From Zygophlyctis sp. KS116 (taxonomy: Eukaryota > Fungi > Chytridiomycota), in contig BAAFSQ010000306.1 of the NCBI GenBank assembly GCA_054661495.1, positions 1 through 11,696 of the forward strand: a DNA stretch of 11,696 bases, given 5' to 3'. The position numbers and the translations under genes were made by a program. Of this stretch, positions 8,735-11,696 are shown piece after piece. The notes beneath the pieces were generated by a model that had not been told where the DNA came from, searched no databases, and saw only the letters and a program-made list of their open reading frames with translations. How positions within the stretch are numbered: position 1 is the first letter of the stretch; the number at the start of each line of letters is the position of its first letter.

Positions 8735-9487
8735 ATGAATAATTCTATTGACTTTAGAACCTTAATATCTCAAGAAGACTTTAACCAGAAACAGCAATGG
8801 GAAAGATCAAGATGCGACATGATGAGATCATTAAGAGATATTTTAGATGCTGTTAGGGAAACACAACAGCAAACAATAAGCCGCATGATTGAGGTGCTGG
8901 AACGGAATGCAATCGGGGCAGGCTCAGTTACTAGCAACGCCTTACAGACCATTCTTGATCAAAAATTCTCTGAGCAGCTTCAAACTATACAATCAATCAT
9001 GGGTAATATTCAGCCATCAACCACTGCAACTGTCCCTGATGTGGATATTTCACAAACAGAACCACAAGTGGCACGACAGGTTTTTCATGTTAATGGGCGA
9101 TTAAGAAGATTGCCAGCGGATTATCAGCTTCCTGATTGTGGACCTGCAGAAGCTTTCAGACAATGGTGTTTTCCAAATACTATGAATAATATCTCTGCCC
9201 TAAAAGATTGCGATAAACATGATTTCTCAGGAGAAAGACGCAGATTTGGAGAACTTCAGAAATTAATGAGAGACTTTGAGCGTTATGCTAATTTAAAAAA
9301 ATTGCCTATTAGAACAGAATCTGATATTGGACTCATAGTCAGTCGCTGGTTAGCGGATAATATCTCGCCATACACTCCCCAAGGCAGACCTCGAACTAGA
9401 ATTCCACAGATGAAATGGACAAACATTCTGAAATTATGGATTACTGAGCCTTCCATGTACGAGGGAACATGCCGCGATGGGGATTAA
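8735..9487 (+). CDS. Intronless 250-aa ORF resembling the C-terminal region of Crypton-type (tyrosine recombinase DNA transposon) proteins; recombinase domain absent
   Basis: First ATG is at 8735 (the track starts at a TTG, 8696). Motifs LERNAIGAGSVT, FHVNGRLRRLPADYQLPDC...FRQW and D.....RRRFGELQKLMRDFE recall oomycete/fungal Crypton-associated proteins (LE.RAIGAGTVT...GRFRRVP.DF.FP). The ORF is directly visible; the family assignment is from memory. Confidence 0.6.
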   Translation: MNNSIDFRTLISQEDFNQKQQWERSRCDMMRSLRDILDAVRETQQQTISRMIEVLERNAIGAGSVTSNALQTILDQKFSEQLQTIQSIMGNIQPSTTATVPDVDISQTEPQVARQVFHVNGRLRRLPADYQLPDCGPAEAFRQWCFPNTMNNISALKDCDKHDFSGERRRFGELQKLMRDFERYANLKKLPIRTESDIGLIVSRWLADNISPYTPQGRPRTRIPQMKWTNILKLWITEPSMYEGTCRDGD

Positions 9488-9566
9488 TTATAAATATTTT
9501 TTTAGTTTGTGGCACTGATCAGGATAATAATCCCTTTAAAAATTCATTTATTCGACCTCATAAGAT

Positions 9567-11696
9567 CTATATTGTTAACATTAAATGAGGATCTGAAAGA
9601 GTAATAACGATTGTTGGCCAACAAATTGCAGGACTTTTGTAAAAAAATATAATATAATACCGATACAAATAAAGCTCCTGACGAAACAAACCGCCTTTTA
9701 GCTCCAAGTTTACAGACTTCCAGGATTCAAGGAATGTATACCCTTTTTTTCTAATCAAGTCATTTAAAAGACCTTCCTCAAGCATCTTATGATTAGAGTT
9801 TCTACTTTTACCCATTCAATTAAATTGAGTGCCGAATCAACCAATATTTTTGAATGCGGATTAATTTCAAGCTGTTTCATGATTTCTTCAAATAATAATG
9901 TTGATCTATTTTTGAAGCTTAAGATTTGTTTCATCCAGGTACATTTAAGGATCAAACACTAGAGTTTATATTTGAATTCTTACTTCATGTAGAAAACGAT
10001 AAAACGCCACATAGACAGGAATCGAAATGGGCGCAGATTGACATATTGAGAATATCCGGTCAAATATAAAATCAAAGCAAAATTCATTCCAAACATCGTG
10101 GCAAACCTTGTTTACTCCAAGAGATTTTCTTTTTAATACAAGTAATATGTTTACGATACTTTCTAGAACGATTGCAATCTCTAATTGTCCATCAAATATG
10201 TAAATCTTTTCATTAATAGCGCTTAAATATACTTTTGAGCAGGCGAGATGTATGAGCAAACCTCTTAGCTTAACAAACATTAAATGAGATTTCTTGTCAA
10301 CTTCTTGGAATGGTGCATTATCCAACAAAGTAAGTGATGTTGACATAATTTTCGCTAATGGTGCAATCATCATTGAAGGAAGAGAATTATTCGAAAACTC
10401 TGAAATCAAATGCTCCAAAGACCAGGAATTTCGCATTTTTACAATTTCATTTTCAGAAATCTACTTTTAAAAATGTTTATTCACCTGTGCATTAGGCAAC
10501 TGAATCAAAAGCGACGAAATAAAAAATCCGACACTTATCTTGCTTGCAGTGAAATATCTAAAATCAAGCTCGTCCAATTCATCAAATTCCTGCTTACTAA
10601 ATGAATGAAGGCATTGAATAAGCATCGGGAAACCAATCGCTTCAAGGAAAACTATAATAAGTATTTAAATATTTACCTTGTGGACCCTGATTAGTAGCTC
10701 CAATAATTATCAGAAAGTTTACAACACCCAATAGTTTAGGAATTTTGTCTGATATTTCATTTTTAGAAATAATCCTTTGCATTAGAGCATTATTTTAAGT
10801 TTTACTTTATCAGAAACCCAAATAGTTTCTTGTAACTTTTAAATTGTACATTTAACCCGATAGGAACGTATTTTGCAATCGAAAATACCAATTGATTCAA
10901 AGGATCCCATTCTTTTACATTAAAATATCAATAAAATATACTTTCAAAAGGAATATTTTGTGGTTGCAGCAAAATCCAATCCAAAAAATAATTCCATAAT
11001 TGATACAGCACGTCTGCCTCAAGTCCAGGTGCTATAAATTCAATTAATTTCGCTGATAATTCAACCACTTCCTTTGGATCATTTATACAATCTTTAATGA
11101 TTTCCTAGAGTTAATAAATGCATGTATACAGTGATCATTTCAACCTTGTTTAAGATAGCAATTTCCTTGATTCTAGAATCTAATTCTCCATTGGTATGAC
11201 AATAACAAAGCCTAATTTTTAAATACTGATAATAAATACCAGAATTTATAGAGATTCTTTGTAAAGTTTTTCCAAGAATATCCCAAAACTCTTGATCCTT
11301 TATGGAGCCATTCCAACATTTGTACAGGATGAATGAATAAAAATTCATGTACATTGTTTACATAAAGATTTAGAGACTGGCAGGCCTGTAGCAAGTTTGA
11401 AACAGCGAGTGGCTCTATAGATTAGTCCACGATTTATATACTCTTCTCCAGTTCCTTCAGATCATGATCCACAGCATTACAAAGCAACATTACAAGATAT
11501 AGTAAATTTCTGATTCCGTAAAAACCAAGTGTTTTATCTAATTCATCTATTGAATTAATAATCGACGACTTACCGTATTCATCCAACCAAGTTTCAACAA
11601 CTTGATAAATCCAAACAATTTCATTAATATCCACTGTTTTATAGAGTAAATTCCCTACAAGAATGGCAATACTAGTTTCATGATCAGCGACTCCTG
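9567..11696 (-). CDS. Uncharacterised multi-exon protein (5'-partial), probably alpha-helical
   Basis: A continuous reading frame can be built from the window end (GVADHETSIAILVGNLLYKTVDINEIVW...) to the TAG at 9567-9569 by removing about 10 tiny GT-AG introns. This joins the track fragments 11434-11634, 11212-11394, 11094-11354, 9966-10436, 9764-9955 and 9567-9815. No family motif was recognised. Confidence 0.75.
11620..11696 (-). repeat. Right copy of the 77-bp inverted repeat, lying inside a coding exon
   Basis: Reverse complement of 1-77, in frame with the minus-strand gene. Confidence 0.98.

Noticed and set aside
6919-10604. Track ORFs 6919-7101, 8770-8952, 8889-9104 and 10410-10604
   Set aside because: They overlap better-supported genes on the opposite strand or in another frame.
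1-11696. Window as a giant TIR transposon, Polinton or linear plasmid
   Set aside because: No DDE transposase, integrase, pPolB or capsid gene is seen. The cargo includes a housekeeping kinesin, the repeat is in-frame coding sequence, its length equals a typical assembly k-mer, and no flanks or TSD are visible.
543-11696. Alternative genetic code, stop read-through or mass pseudogenisation as the cause of ORF fragmentation
   Set aside because: The interruptions are short GT-AG segments whose removal restores conserved motifs under the standard code.

Overview
AT-rich eukaryotic genomic DNA, probably from an early-diverging (chytrid-like) fungus. That assignment is an inference from a fungal-type kinesin-5 and uniformly tiny GT-AG introns of about 24-32 nt. 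The ORF track is fragmented by these introns, so I spliced the genes by hand. Contents from left to right: (1) a 21-exon gene (543-4267, +, about 1055 aa) encoding signal peptide, jelly-roll lectin-like domain, three Cys-capped plant-type LRR solenoids and a second lectin-like domain; all 20 introns are phase 2 and 13 exons are exactly 72 nt (one LRR each); (2) an internally deleted paralogous relic with a different domain order (about 4607-4975); (3) a complete kinesin-5/BimC gene (5077-8402, -); (4) an intronless ORF resembling the C-terminal part of Crypton-type tyrosine-recombinase element proteins (8735-9487, +); (5) the 3' part of an unidentified multi-exon gene (9567-11696, -). The two window ends are an exact 77-bp inverted repeat. 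The best candidate for a new system is the modular, exon-cassette-built secreted lectin-LRR family, a possible diversifying recognition protein.
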